Origin: Candidatus Fimenecus sp. | Lineage (GTDB): Bacteria; Bacillota; Clostridia; Oscillospirales; Acutalibacteraceae | Direction of reading: 5' to 3' | DNA: 64,000 bases | Assembly (NCBI GenBank): GCA_045594885.1 | Contig: JAZNZJ010000026.1 | Location: 3,754-67,753, forward strand | Part shown: in pieces, positions 9,570 to 19,842 of the stretch | How the letters are laid out: every line of letters starts with the position of its first letter | How positions within the stretch are numbered: the stretch's first letter is position 1 | Made by a program: the position numbers and the translations under genes | The notes under the pieces: model-generated | Database searches by the model: none | The model's input: only the letters and a program-made list of their open reading frames with translations | What the model was told of the DNA's origin: nothing

Positions 9570-9958
9570 TGAATACCGAAAAAAGAAAACTGCGTATATG
9601 GTACGCAATTGCTTTTATTGTCATTTTCGCAATAGAAGTTTTAATTGCCCTGTTTGTACGTGACAGCTTCATAAGACCATATGGTGGGGATATTCTTGTA
9701 ACGATTTTAATTTGTTGTTTTGCAAGAATTTTCTTCCCTCAAAAAATAAAATCTTTACCCCTTTTGGTTTTTCTGTTTGCTTTGGCAGTAGAAATCGGGC
9801 AATATTTCGATTTTGTCACTCTGTTAGGTCTTGGCGAAAGCAGATTTTTCCGCATTCTTCTTGGCACATCGTTTTCGGTTTTTGATATACTGTGCTATGG
9901 TGTAGGATGTTTAATATTCTATGTGTGCGAAAAAATGATTTTGAAAAAATTATTATAA
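9566..9958 (+). CDS. DUF2809-like small integral membrane protein
   Basis: 130 aa, 4 TM segments. Motifs GGDILV...EIGQYF...LLGTSFSVFDILCYGVG resemble the DUF2809 consensus as I recall it. 4-nt overlap with the upstream gene. Confidence 0.6.
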   Translation: MMNTEKRKLRIWYAIAFIVIFAIEVLIALFVRDSFIRPYGGDILVTILICCFARIFFPQKIKSLPLLVFLFALAVEIGQYFDFVTLLGLGESRFFRILLGTSFSVFDILCYGVGCLIFYVCEKMILKKLL

Positions 9959-9980
9959 ACAGAATTATGGAAGGACTATT

Positions 9981-10322
9981 ATGAAAGAACGCAAATATCC
10001 TTTAAGCCTTTTTATAACCGGTGTATTAACAAATATGGTTTTTCACTTTTTCTGGCTTTTTATCCCCTGTGTAATTGTTTTTGTTTTAAGTTTTTTCTTC
10101 AAGTCATTAAGCTCTGTTGGATTGCTCATTTTAGCCATTGACCTTATTTTATCTCTTATAGAGCAATTAAAAATACGAAAAGCATTTTTAACAGATAGTG
10201 ATAATCCTGATTTCAAATCCTTCCAAGATGCTCTTTCAAAAGATGGCGATTGGACGAAGAATATCAAAGATTTTGTTGAAAGTAAAATTGAAGAAAACAC
10301 CGAAAATGAAGATGATGAATAA
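9981..10322 (+). CDS. Hypothetical membrane protein with acidic C-terminus
   Basis: Two to three TM segments, good SD (GGAAGGA), terminator immediately downstream. Confidence 0.5.
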   Translation: MKERKYPLSLFITGVLTNMVFHFFWLFIPCVIVFVLSFFFKSLSSVGLLILAIDLILSLIEQLKIRKAFLTDSDNPDFKSFQDALSKDGDWTKNIKDFVESKIEENTENEDDE

Positions 10323-10326
10323 AAAC

Positions 10327-10349
10327 AACCCCGACATTTTGTCGGGGTT
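10327..10349. terminator. Bidirectional intrinsic terminator between convergent genes
   Basis: Perfect 9-bp stem aaccccgac-atttt-gtcggggtt, with A/T runs on both sides. Confidence 0.65.
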
Positions 10350-10381
10350 AAATTTTGCACTTTGCACTTTGCATTTTGCAC

Positions 10382-10870
10382 TTACTTTTTAGGTCCTGGT
10401 CTGTGCTTTGCGGTGTATTCAATGGTATTAATTTTAATCACCGTTACAATTGTGGTCATTTTATCTTCAAAGGTAAAGTCCTTACCCGTCTGGGTTTTCA
10501 TAAGGGCGGATAATGCGAATTTCTTTTCTTCTGTGTCTTCAACAATTTCAGCAATTCCCCTGCCCATAACAGAGGCATAAGTAATACCATATTTACAAGC
10601 AACATCACCCTCAAAGGGCACTACATCACAATCCATTTCAAAGAAAACCTTGGGATTTTTACGGATTAGGTCAAGCTTTCTGCCACGGTTTGCACCGTGA
10701 AGATAAATTGTAAGCTTTCCGTCTTCCATTGTGTAGCCATAATTCATCGGTACAACATAGGGCTCGTCACCGTCAACTAAGCCTAAATGCAGAACCTTTG
10801 ATTTATCAAGAATTTTTATAATTTCTTGAAGGTCAGTTACCTGACGTTCACGTCTTGTCATTCCGTTCAT
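10382..10870 (-). CDS. Pyridoxamine 5'-phosphate oxidase family (FMN-binding split-barrel, NimA-like) protein
   Basis: N-terminus MTRRERQVTD...LHLGLVDGDEPYVVPMNYGY is typical of this family. Confidence 0.75.
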   Translation of the reverse strand: MNGMTRRERQVTDLQEIIKILDKSKVLHLGLVDGDEPYVVPMNYGYTMEDGKLTIYLHGANRGRKLDLIRKNPKVFFEMDCDVVPFEGDVACKYGITYASVMGRGIAEIVEDTEEKKFALSALMKTQTGKDFTFEDKMTTIVTVIKINTIEYTAKHRPGPKK

Positions 10871-10885
10871 AGTATAACCTCTCCC

Positions 10886-12232
10886 TTATTTCTTAATTAT
10901 TAATGCAACAGATTCTGTATGTGATGTTCGAGGGAACATATCGACCGGTGTCACCTCTTTAGTTTCGTAGCCCAATTCTTTAAGAATTGCACAATCTCGA
11001 GCCTGAGTTGAAACATCACAAGAAACATAAACGATTTTCTTTGGATTCATTTCTGCCACATATTCTAAGACCTCTCTGTCGCAGCCTTTTCGTGGCGGGT
11101 CAAGAATTACTGCATCGGGCTCGATGTTCTGTTCTTTAAGGATTTTTACTGCATCCTTTGCGTCACCGCAGTAAAATTCACAATTTTCAATATTATTGTT
11201 TTTTGCATTAACCTTTGCATCTTCTATCGCTTCGGGGATAATCTCAACTCCGATTACCTTTTTAACAGCCTTTGCCATTGAAAGACCGATTGTACCCGCA
11301 CCACAATAAAGGTCAAGGATTGTTTCGTCCCCTTTTGCCCCCACATAGTCCAATGCTTTTTTGTAAAGCAACTGGGCACAATCGTGATTTACTTGATAAA
11401 ACGAAAGTGGTGAAAGTCTAATTTTCACTCCGCAAAGCACATCTTCAATATAATCACTACCCCAAAGGGTTTGACATTCAAGCCCTAAAATCACATTGGT
11501 TTTTTCGGTGTTTTTATTGATTGAAACACTTTTAAGACCCTTAATTTTCAATAAATCATCAACTAATTCCTGTGCTTTTGGAATTTCTTCACCATTGATA
11601 ACAAGGCACACCATAATCTGTCCGGTTACAAAGGCTTTTCTTATGTAGATATGGCGAATAAGCCCTGTATGATTAACAGAGTCATAAGCCGAAATGCCAA
11701 ATTCAGTCATCCAGCTTTTCACGATTTCAACTATATCCGCAAATTCTTCGGGTTGTAAGATGCAGTCTGAAGAATTTATTATTCTATGACTCTTTTGAGC
11801 ATAAAAGCCCGCAACAACACCTTTGTCAAAGCCTACCGGATACTGTGCTTTGTTTCTGTATCTTTCGGTTTCACAAGTAACAATGTCATTCACCGTCACA
11901 TCTATGTGGGCAAGTCGCTGAAATGCATCAACCACTTTTTGCTTTTTGAGTTGCTTTTCTGCCTCATAAGAAATGTGACGATATGCACAACCACCGCAAG
12001 AACGAAAATGTGGGCAGTCAACAGCTATTCTGTCATCTGATTTCTTCAAAATCTGCTTGATTATGCCGATTGCATAGGTTTTTTTCGCCTTGATAATATG
12101 GGCAATAATCGTGTCACCCTTAGCTGCACCTGAAACAAATACAGCTTGACCATTATAATGCCCGACACCGTTACCTTCGGTGGTATAGCCCTCAATATTC
12201 AATTGTCTGTCCTGATTTTTTTGAAGTGACAT
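10886..12232 (-). CDS. rlmD: 23S rRNA (uracil-5-)-methyltransferase RumA/RlmD family (TRAM + 4Fe-4S + SAM MTase)
   Basis: TRAM-like N-terminus, Cys cluster CPHFRSCGGCAYRH, SAM motif LDLYCGAGTIG, catalytic region YVSCD. Confidence 0.85.
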   Translation of the reverse strand: MSLQKNQDRQLNIEGYTTEGNGVGHYNGQAVFVSGAAKGDTIIAHIIKAKKTYAIGIIKQILKKSDDRIAVDCPHFRSCGGCAYRHISYEAEKQLKKQKVVDAFQRLAHIDVTVNDIVTCETERYRNKAQYPVGFDKGVVAGFYAQKSHRIINSSDCILQPEEFADIVEIVKSWMTEFGISAYDSVNHTGLIRHIYIRKAFVTGQIMVCLVINGEEIPKAQELVDDLLKIKGLKSVSINKNTEKTNVILGLECQTLWGSDYIEDVLCGVKIRLSPLSFYQVNHDCAQLLYKKALDYVGAKGDETILDLYCGAGTIGLSMAKAVKKVIGVEIIPEAIEDAKVNAKNNNIENCEFYCGDAKDAVKILKEQNIEPDAVILDPPRKGCDREVLEYVAEMNPKKIVYVSCDVSTQARDCAILKELGYETKEVTPVDMFPRTSHTESVALIIKK

Positions 12233-12244
12233 ACTAACTAATCC

Positions 12245-12814
12245 TTATAATTTTAATAAAATTCCTGCTACTGCACCAAGTGCCAACCAAAATGCAGGAT
12301 GTAATTTTTTAAGTTTTTTGATAAACATAAGTGCAAAAACCACAACGGATATTGCAATTACGGGAATTACAAACTCACCGTTAACATAGAAAATCGGCTT
12401 AATAATTCCAAAAACTGCAAATAAAACCAATGCGGTGACAACGGGTCGAATACCCGAAAATGCACCCTTTACATATTCGTTTTCTTTAAAGGCTTTTAAA
12501 AAGCCCGCAATAAGCACAATTACAATAACCGACGGAGTTACAAGACCTAATGTCGCTGTCATTCCACCTAAAATTCCACCAACGATACCGAATTCAGTTA
12601 AGCCCGCATTATAGCCCGCATAGGTTGCCATATTTACACCAATTGGACCTGGGGTGCTCTCTGCAATAGCGACCATAACGCCCAACTGTTCAGGATTAAA
12701 CCAACCATAATCACTACGTGCCAAATCTTGCAAGAATGGAATTGTGGCAGGTCCGCCGCCTACGGCAAAAAGTCCGATTTTGAAAAATTCAATAAACAAA
12801 TACAAGAAGGTCAT
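12245..12814 (-). CDS. chrA: Chromate transporter (CHR family, half-size subunit)
   Basis: GGGPATIPFL motif, 5-6 TM segments, paired and overlapping with the second half-size gene. Confidence 0.8.
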   Translation of the reverse strand: MTFLYLFIEFFKIGLFAVGGGPATIPFLQDLARSDYGWFNPEQLGVMVAIAESTPGPIGVNMATYAGYNAGLTEFGIVGGILGGMTATLGLVTPSVIVIVLIAGFLKAFKENEYVKGAFSGIRPVVTALVLFAVFGIIKPIFYVNGEFVIPVIAISVVVFALMFIKKLKKLHPAFWLALGAVAGILLKL

Positions 12815-13359
12815 TTTGCCTTTACCCCCTTGATTTTATTGTAAATAATACCCACAACACCGCCAAAAACAACTAACAGAATCGGTGTTACATCAAACAC
12901 AAAACAAGCTACAAGACCAATTATGAAAAGCACCACTGACATCACATTCACAAGACTTTTTTTCGCAAGTGTAATTACCGTATGCGAAAGCAGAGCACAC
13001 ACAATTGCATTTATGCCCGTAAGTGCAGATGCTACAATAGGATAATCCATAAACGACTGCAAAACAGATGCAATAATTGTTATGATTATTATTGATGGTG
13101 TAACCATACCAAGAGTTGAGAAAATTCCGCCTATTACACCCGCCTGATAATAACCGATAAAGGTTGCCGTGTTAACCGCAATAATGCCGGGGGTACATTG
13201 ACCAACTGCATAATAGTCAAGTAATTCCTCTTCAGTTGTCCATTTTTTATTTTCAACAATTTCTCTTGTAAGAAGCGGAAGCATTGTAAGACCGCCGCCA
13301 AAAGTTATTCCGCCTATTTTCGCAAAAGTCAGAAAAAGGCTTAGTAATTTTTTAACCAT
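12811..13359 (-). CDS. chrA: Chromate transporter (CHR family, half-size subunit)
   Basis: FGGGLTMLPLL motif. 4-nt overlap with the partner gene. Confidence 0.8.
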   Translation of the reverse strand: MVKKLLSLFLTFAKIGGITFGGGLTMLPLLTREIVENKKWTTEEELLDYYAVGQCTPGIIAVNTATFIGYYQAGVIGGIFSTLGMVTPSIIIITIIASVLQSFMDYPIVASALTGINAIVCALLSHTVITLAKKSLVNVMSVVLFIIGLVACFVFDVTPILLVVFGGVVGIIYNKIKGVKAK

Positions 13360-13401
13360 TTATATTTTCTCTCCAAAAATACATTTTAGATGATTTTTAA
13401 C

Positions 13402-14010
13402 TTATTTCTGGTCGCCACTCCAAAATATGAAATCTGATACCAACAAAGCTCTCACGGGAGCTGCCTCCGCACCACTTATTTTTATTGGTGCTGCCGAAAG
13501 AAAGTAATCACCTGACTCCACATTTTCTAAATCAAGATTTTCAAGAAGTGCAATATTGTCAACCATAAACATTCGGTGTGTTCTTCCGTCACTACCTTCG
13601 GGTTCAACGGTCATACCATCAGTACCCACGAGAACATACCCCATATGTGAAAGCTCAGATGCGGCAGATTCGTGAAAAACCGCCTTGCCGTTACTCTTAA
13701 CGAGAATTCTTTTTGCGTTTCTCGGGAAATATTCTTCAACAAATGCACCTGTAATCATTTCTTCTGCAACTTCAACAACAACACAAGGACCTAAAAACAC
13801 CTCAGGGTCAAAGGTTGTAATGTCATTACCATTGGGTAAAAAATGCAATGGTGCGTCCATATGAGTACCATTATGAAGACACATATTAATTGTGTTAAGA
13901 TTATAAGGGCACTCACCATCAATAGTTTTTACAGTTTTGATGCTTGGAGTCGGGTCACCGGGAAAGACCGCACAAGTCATAACATCTTTCGATATGTCAA
14001 TTATTTTCAT
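13402..14010 (-). CDS. Cyclase family protein (kynurenine formamidase-like)
   Basis: Metal-binding motif HNGTHMDAPLHF, and size typical of the family. Confidence 0.75.
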   Translation of the reverse strand: MKIIDISKDVMTCAVFPGDPTPSIKTVKTIDGECPYNLNTINMCLHNGTHMDAPLHFLPNGNDITTFDPEVFLGPCVVVEVAEEMITGAFVEEYFPRNAKRILVKSNGKAVFHESAASELSHMGYVLVGTDGMTVEPEGSDGRTHRMFMVDNIALLENLDLENVESGDYFLSAAPIKISGAEAAPVRALLVSDFIFWSGDQK

Positions 14011-14082
14011 TCTCTCACCCCGAAAGTTTTATCAATTTATTCTATCATACATTAACGGCAGGAGCAATCCCCCGCCCCATAA

Positions 14083-14901
14083 TTATACTTTCTTATACAC
14101 TAAAAAATCAAAGTGTATTTCTGTTTCAAAACCATTATTCTGTCTAATTTTTTCTTGAGCACCCAATTCGGTTTTAAAATAATATGGCGTCATTTTAAAA
14201 AGATTTACGCCCATTTCACCATCTGTAACAATGTTATCTTTTACAGAGTGTCTGCCGATAAATTCAAAGCCCTCATAGTCCGTATGCTTTTCTTCATTCT
14301 CATAGACATTCTCATAAAGAAGGTTTTTAAGTCCCATCAAATGATTTTTACCCGGCACGGCATAAATCATATAACCGCCGTTTTTAAGGACACGACGAAT
14401 TTCATTATCGACCATCGGTGCAAAAACATTAATCACGATGTCACAGGTTTCATTTTTCAAAGGAACAGCGAAACAACTGCCCACAAAAAACGTCGCCTTT
14501 TTATATTTGCCCGCCGCAAATCTCACTGCTTCTTTAGAAATATCAAGCCCGTAAAGTGAATAGTTAATTTTTGACTTATCAAGATGTTCCATAAGTCTGC
14601 CATCATAAAAACCTTCGCCGCAGCCCAAATCGAGAATAGTCGTTTTTTGACTATTCGCAGAAACTTGCCCCACTAATTCATTTAACTTATCAGAAAAACA
14701 ATTGTATTTTCCACTTTCAAGAAATGCCCGACGGGACAAAACCATATCTTTTGAATCGCCGGGGTTATCGGAATGCTTTTTGTTCACAGGCAACAAGTTT
14801 ACATACCCTTGTTTTGCAATATCAAAGGAATGATTATTATCACAATGGTATGTTTTGTGGTCAATATTCAGTTGTGATTTACAAATTGGACAAATGAACA
14901 T
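14083..14901 (-). CDS. rlmA: 23S rRNA (guanine745-N1)-methyltransferase RlmA
   Basis: Zn-ribbon CPICKSQL...YHCDNNHSFDIAKQGYVNLLP, SAM motif LDLGCGEGFY, and colinearity with E. coli RrmA as I recall it. Confidence 0.85.
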   Translation of the reverse strand: MFICPICKSQLNIDHKTYHCDNNHSFDIAKQGYVNLLPVNKKHSDNPGDSKDMVLSRRAFLESGKYNCFSDKLNELVGQVSANSQKTTILDLGCGEGFYDGRLMEHLDKSKINYSLYGLDISKEAVRFAAGKYKKATFFVGSCFAVPLKNETCDIVINVFAPMVDNEIRRVLKNGGYMIYAVPGKNHLMGLKNLLYENVYENEEKHTDYEGFEFIGRHSVKDNIVTDGEMGVNLFKMTPYYFKTELGAQEKIRQNNGFETEIHFDFLVYKKV

Positions 14902-14913
14902 ATTTTTTCACCT

Positions 14914-14946
14914 ATGAAAAAGTGGTGAAGGATGCCCTCCACCACC
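14914..14946 (-). terminator. Intrinsic terminator after leuS
   Basis: Hairpin gtggtgaagg-atgc-cctccaccac (14923-14946, one mismatch), followed on the minus RNA by uuuuuc. Confidence 0.6.
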
Positions 14947-14957
14947 ATACCATTCAA

Positions 14958-17366
14958 TTATTTTGCAACAATATTTACAAGCTTACCCTTAACGTAGATT
15001 TCTTTAATGATATTCTTGCCGTTAAGCTCTGCTGCAACCTTTTCGTCAGCCTTAGCCAAAGCAATAGCATCTGCCTGCTCAATGTCTGCAGGAACATTGA
15101 GTTTTGCACGGATTTTACCGTTAATCTGAACAACAATTTCAATTGTTTCATCAACGCACTTTGCTTCATCATATGTTGGCCACACACCGTCAGCCGCCAT
15201 CATCTTACCGTAGCCGCAAACCTCCCACATTTCTTCTGTAACGTGAGGTGCAAATGGGTTAACAAGAAGAAGAAGTACTTTAAGTTCTGCCTTATTGATT
15301 GAACCCTTTGTATAAATTGCGTTAAGAAGTGTCATAAGTGCTGCGATTGCAGTATTGTATTTAAGAGCTTCAATATCTTCTGTTACCTTCTTAATTGTCT
15401 TGTGGAATGAAGAAGAAAGTTCTTTTGAGAATTCGTCACCGTCTGTGAGAATTTCCTGTAAATTCCAAATTCTGTCAACAAATCTCTTACAGCCCTTAAC
15501 TGAATTTTCTGACCAAGGAGCAGCCTGCTCGTAGTCACCCATAAAGAGCACATAAGTACGAAGAACGTCTGCACCGAATACGTCAACAACCTCGTTAGGG
15601 TCAATAACATTACCACGAGATTTACTCATCTTAACACCGTCAGGTCCAAGAATAAGTCCCTGTGCAGTTCTCTTTGCATATGGTTCTTCACATGGTACTG
15701 CACCAATGTCATAGAGGAATTTATGCCAGAAACGAGAATAAATAAGGTGACGTGTAACGTGCTCCATACCACCGTTGTACCAGTCAACAGGCATCCAATA
15801 GTTGAGCTTATCCATATCAGCAAGACAACTATCATTGTGTGGGTCGATGTATCTTAAGAAATACCAAGACGAACCCGCCCACTGTGGCATTGTATCAGTT
15901 TCTCTCTTTGCATCGCCACCACATTTTGGGCACTTGCAGTTAACATATGACTCAATCTTTGCAAGTGGGCTTTCGCCGTCAGTACCGGGAGCAAAGTTTT
16001 CAACATCGGGAAGTCTTAACGGAAGTTCCTCATAAGGCACAGCAACCATACCGCATTTATCACAGTGCACAATCGGGATTGGCTCACCCCAATAACGCTG
16101 ACGGTTGAATGCCCAGTCCTTCATCTTATACTGAACACCGCCTTCACCGATTCCTTTTTCCTGCAAGAAATCAATCATTTTTGCGATTGACTCTTTCTTA
16201 TTATCAACACCATTAAGGAAATCGGAGTTAACCATTTCGCCGTCACCTGCATAAGCAGATTCCTCAATATTACCGCCCTTGATAACCTCAATAATATCAA
16301 TACCAAATTTCTTTGCGAAATCATAGTCACGGTCATCGTGTGCGGGCACTGCCATAATAGCACCTGTACCGTAACCCATCATAACATAGTCAGATATGTA
16401 AATCGGAATATCCTTACCGTTTACGGGGTTCTTTGCAGTGATACCTGCAATCTTAACACCTGTCTTGTCTTTTACAAGCTGTGTACGTTCAAATTCTGTC
16501 TTCTTTGCACACTCTGCACGATATGCAAGAATTTCATCCATATTAGAAATCTTATCAGCATACTTATCAATGATTGGATGTTCGGGTGCCATAACCATAA
16601 ATGTTACACCGAAAAGAGTGTCAGGACGAGTTGTATAAATCTTCAATTCTTCAGGGATTTCGTTAAGATTGAAGTTAACGAATGCACCACGTGATTTACC
16701 AATCCAGTTAACCTGCTGAAGTTTGATATTTGGAAGATAATCAACATCGTTCAAGCCTTCAAGAAGCTTATCAGCATACTCTGTAATTCTTAAATACCAA
16801 ACATCCTTTGATTTCTGCACAACATCGCTATGACAGATGTCACATTTACCCCCCTGTGAGTCCTCATTTGAAAGAACAACCTTACAAGATGGGCAATAGT
16901 TAACCAAAGTCTTGTCACGGAAAGCAAGTCCGTTTTCAAACATTTTAAGGAAAATCCACTGTGTCCATTTATAATACTTTTCTTCAGTTGTATCAACAAC
17001 TCTTGAGTAGTCGAATGAGAAACCAACTCTCTTTAACTGACTTGTGAACTTTTCAATGTTCATATCAGTTACTTTTCTTGGGTGAATACCTGTTTTGATT
17101 GCATAGTTTTCAGTTGGAAGACCATATGCGTCAAAACCGATTGGGAAAAGCACGTTATAACCTTGAAGTCTGCGTTTTCTTGATACCACTTCAAGACCTG
17201 AATATGCCTTGATATGACCAACGTGCATACCCGCACCTGATGGATATGGAAACTCAACAAGGCCATAGAATTTTGGCTTATCGGAATTGTCTTGAGCCTC
17301 AAAAACTTTAGCTTCTTCCCATTTCTGTTGCCACTTTAATTCAGTAGCTTTAAAATCGTAATTCAT
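14958..17366 (-). CDS. leuS: Leucine--tRNA ligase
   Basis: HIGH motif (HVGH), KMSKS, CP1 editing domain; 802 aa. Confidence 0.97.
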   Translation of the reverse strand: MNYDFKATELKWQQKWEEAKVFEAQDNSDKPKFYGLVEFPYPSGAGMHVGHIKAYSGLEVVSRKRRLQGYNVLFPIGFDAYGLPTENYAIKTGIHPRKVTDMNIEKFTSQLKRVGFSFDYSRVVDTTEEKYYKWTQWIFLKMFENGLAFRDKTLVNYCPSCKVVLSNEDSQGGKCDICHSDVVQKSKDVWYLRITEYADKLLEGLNDVDYLPNIKLQQVNWIGKSRGAFVNFNLNEIPEELKIYTTRPDTLFGVTFMVMAPEHPIIDKYADKISNMDEILAYRAECAKKTEFERTQLVKDKTGVKIAGITAKNPVNGKDIPIYISDYVMMGYGTGAIMAVPAHDDRDYDFAKKFGIDIIEVIKGGNIEESAYAGDGEMVNSDFLNGVDNKKESIAKMIDFLQEKGIGEGGVQYKMKDWAFNRQRYWGEPIPIVHCDKCGMVAVPYEELPLRLPDVENFAPGTDGESPLAKIESYVNCKCPKCGGDAKRETDTMPQWAGSSWYFLRYIDPHNDSCLADMDKLNYWMPVDWYNGGMEHVTRHLIYSRFWHKFLYDIGAVPCEEPYAKRTAQGLILGPDGVKMSKSRGNVIDPNEVVDVFGADVLRTYVLFMGDYEQAAPWSENSVKGCKRFVDRIWNLQEILTDGDEFSKELSSSFHKTIKKVTEDIEALKYNTAIAALMTLLNAIYTKGSINKAELKVLLLLVNPFAPHVTEEMWEVCGYGKMMAADGVWPTYDEAKCVDETIEIVVQINGKIRAKLNVPADIEQADAIALAKADEKVAAELNGKNIIKEIYVKGKLVNIVAK

Positions 17367-17404
17367 ATATTTAACCTTCTTTAAAGAGATTTTTTACTAA
17401 ATTT

Positions 17405-17758
17405 TTATTCTGTAACAATTGTGCTGATGTCGTATTCTTTTGCATCGCCCCAAAGATGTTCCAAACTGTATAATTCACGTTGGTCAGGGGTGAAAAGATG
17501 AACAACAACTGTGCCGTAGTCAAGGAGTATCCAGCCCGTTGATTTGCCCTCAACGTTTCTTGGCTCAACACCCTGCTTTGTCAGTGAATCCTGAACCTCA
17601 TCAGAAAGAGCACGAATATGTGTGCCCGACGTACCCGTTGCAATAACAAAATAATCTGCAACTGATGTAAGCTCTGTAATTTCAAGAGATTTTATATTTG
17701 TAGCCTTCTTGTTGTCAAGTGTGGCAACAATGTTTTTCATAAGTTCTGTTCTGTCCAT
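17405..17758 (-). CDS. rsfS: Ribosome silencing factor RsfS
   Basis: 117 aa, with ADYFVIATGTS...W(I)LLDYG.VVVHLF motifs. Confidence 0.9.
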   Translation of the reverse strand: MDRTELMKNIVATLDNKKATNIKSLEITELTSVADYFVIATGTSGTHIRALSDEVQDSLTKQGVEPRNVEGKSTGWILLDYGTVVVHLFTPDQRELYSLEHLWGDAKEYDISTIVTE

Positions 17759-18334
17759 TTATTCTATCCTTTCTGCAAGATAATTAAATGCTTTAAGTGT
17801 ATCTACGTGAATGGGTCTATATTTTTTAGCATTATCTTCAATGGTGAAAGATAATCCACGAAGAAGTGCTTTGTCAAGATTTTCTTCTGCCATTGCTCTA
17901 ACCTCTTTCACGTCGGGGTATTCACGGTCTTCAGATGTTAAATCTGCTACATAAACGATTTTTTCAAGTTGCGACATATCCTCTTTACCCGTCGTATGCC
18001 AACGCACTGCCGAAAGAATTTCTGCATCTGTCACATTAAGTTCTTTTCGCAAATAAACCTCACCTGCAACTGCGTGAAGAGTAAATTCAATCCTTTTCTC
18101 GCTGTCAGTAAGCATTTGACCGTCGCCCTCAATAATTTCTATCATTTTGTCACAAGGCTCATAACGAAGAATGTCGTGCACAAGCCCTGCGGTATATGCT
18201 TTTTCTGCATTCCCGCCAAAAATTTCGGCAAGGCGCTTTGCCTGTTCGGCAACACAGATTGAATGATATAGTCTTTTGGGCGGTAAACGTTTTTTGAGAA
18301 TTTCTAAAAACTCACTATTTCTTGCCGTATCCAT
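17759..18334 (-). CDS. yqeK: HD-domain bis(5'-nucleosyl)-tetraphosphatase YqeK
   Basis: HS..VA...LHD HD-domain motifs, and conserved nadD-yqeK-rsfS synteny. Start moved to ATG 18334; the track start at 18424 would overlap nadD by 110 nt. Confidence 0.8.
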   Translation of the reverse strand: MDTARNSEFLEILKKRLPPKRLYHSICVAEQAKRLAEIFGGNAEKAYTAGLVHDILRYEPCDKMIEIIEGDGQMLTDSEKRIEFTLHAVAGEVYLRKELNVTDAEILSAVRWHTTGKEDMSQLEKIVYVADLTSEDREYPDVKEVRAMAEENLDKALLRGLSFTIEDNAKKYRPIHVDTLKAFNYLAERIE

Positions 18335-18941
18335 ATAACTTGTGGTTCTCCATATATTCAATGATTTCGGGCTCAACAATTCCGTAAAGGCTCTTTCCCT
18401 CGTCAATTCGCTCACGGATTTCACTTGAACTTACAATGTAAGCATCAAGAGGTGAGATATGTATATTCTTCCCGTCAAAATCTTTAATATAAATACCGAG
18501 TTTTTCAAATGCATAAGAACGAAGCTCATAAATGCTTTCGTCAGTATTTCTTGACGCAACACAAATTGTGCATTTCTCTAAAAGTTCTTTATGCTTATAC
18601 CATTTGTGGAAAATCAAGAACATATCTGACCCAATAATCAAATACAAATCATCATTGGGATATTTTTTCTTCAATTCCTCAACTGTATAAATTGTGTAGC
18701 TGTCGCTTTCTCTGTCCATCTCCATACGGCTGATTTCGTATTTAGGGTTCTGAAATGCGATTTTGCACATAGCGATTCTATCCTTATTGTCTGCAAGGTC
18801 ATCGCATCGTTTATGCGTAGGAATTTTGTTGGGGATAATAAGCACCTTATCGAGTCCCAATTCCTCGGTCATTTTGTCAATCATTCGTGTATGTCCCTTG
18901 TGGGGTGGGTTGAATGTTCCGCCGAAAATACCTATTTTCAT
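18315..18941 (-). CDS. nadD: Nicotinate-nucleotide adenylyltransferase
   Basis: GIFGGTFNPPHKGH motif. Confidence 0.9.
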   Translation of the reverse strand: MKIGIFGGTFNPPHKGHTRMIDKMTEELGLDKVLIIPNKIPTHKRCDDLADNKDRIAMCKIAFQNPKYEISRMEMDRESDSYTIYTVEELKKKYPNDDLYLIIGSDMFLIFHKWYKHKELLEKCTICVASRNTDESIYELRSYAFEKLGIYIKDFDGKNIHISPLDAYIVSSSEIRERIDEGKSLYGIVEPEIIEYMENHKLYGYGKK

Positions 18942-18942
18942 A

Positions 18943-19245
18943 TCATTTTCTTCCTTTTTTCTTCTCGTCTTTGTGGAGTTCAGGGTTATAACGATAGAAT
19001 ATCATACTGCCACCGATTACACCAACGCAATCGCTGTTTGTTGCCTCTGCAAGTTTTTGTGCAATATCCTTGGGCTTTTCGGGACTTGTTTCTAAAAGCA
19101 CTTTGATTTTAATAAGCTCGCGTGCTTTAAGTGCATCGTCCGTCTGCTTGATGAGTGCATCTGAAATCCCGCCCTTGCCAACTTGAAATAAGGCGGGGAG
19201 TGAGTTTGCCTGACCTCTCCAATATGCTCTTTCTTTACTTGTCAT
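18943..19245 (-). CDS. yhbY: RNA-binding CRM-domain protein YhbY
   Basis: 100 aa. VGKGGI...ELIKIKV motif typical of YhbY. Confidence 0.85.
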   Translation of the reverse strand: MTSKERAYWRGQANSLPALFQVGKGGISDALIKQTDDALKARELIKIKVLLETSPEKPKDIAQKLAEATNSDCVGVIGGSMIFYRYNPELHKDEKKKGRK

Positions 19246-19248
19246 ATA

Positions 19249-19842
19249 TTATTCTCCTAAATATTTCGGTAATTCTTCTACAAATTTGCGGAGGGCATTT
19301 CCGCGGTGACTGACCTTATCTTTTTCTTCTGCTGAAAGTTCGCCGAAAGTCTTGTCACCTACTAAAAATAACGGGTCATAACCAAATCCGCCGTTGCCGT
19401 GGACCTCGTGTGCGATAACACCCTCGCAAGTGCCACGAACTGTGAAGCTTCTTCCGTCGGGGAAACAGCAACATACACAGCTTACAAATCTTGCTGTTCT
19501 TTCACTATCGGGAACATCTTTCATAAGTCCCAACAACTTTTCGTTATTCTTCACATCGTTTCCGTGTTCACCGCCAAAACGAGCAGAATAAACACCGGGG
19601 GCACCGTCAAGGTAATCAACCATAAGTCCCGAATCATCTGCAACACAGACCATTCCACTTTCTTTGCAACCGCTATCCGCCTTTAAAAACGCATTTTCTT
19701 CAAAGGTTTCGCCTGTTTCGTCAACGTCAGAAAGTTCAATTCCCGCCATATCGGCAGTAAGTACATTTATACCAAGCGGTGAGAGTATTCTTTGTAATTC
19801 CACCTGTTTTTTCATATTATGAGTTGCGATTAAAAAGTCCAA
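19249..19842 (-). CDS. rdgB: dITP/XTP pyrophosphatase (RdgB/Ham1)
   Basis: IATHN.KK..E N-terminus, GFGYDP and SHRG motifs. Confidence 0.9.
   Translation of the reverse strand: MDFLIATHNMKKQVELQRILSPLGINVLTADMAGIELSDVDETGETFEENAFLKADSGCKESGMVCVADDSGLMVDYLDGAPGVYSARFGGEHGNDVKNNEKLLGLMKDVPDSERTARFVSCVCCCFPDGRSFTVRGTCEGVIAHEVHGNGGFGYDPLFLVGDKTFGELSAEEKDKVSHRGNALRKFVEELPKYLGE

Noticed and set aside
10354-10381. TTTGCAC heptamer repeated ~3.5 times just downstream of the PNPOx-family gene stop.
   Set aside because: It is very short and sits next to a bidirectional terminator. It is most likely incidental low-complexity sequence, and nothing in the sequence indicates a function.
12245-13359. Split chromate transporter as a possible frameshifted pseudogene.
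   Set aside because: Two half-size CHR genes with a 4-nt overlap form a well-known functional arrangement in Firmicutes. Both halves are intact with their own motifs.
17367-17404. Expected T-box leader upstream of leuS.
   Set aside because: Only 38 nt separate rsfS and leuS, so there is no room for a T-box. leuS appears co-transcribed with the nadD-yqeK-rsfS genes.
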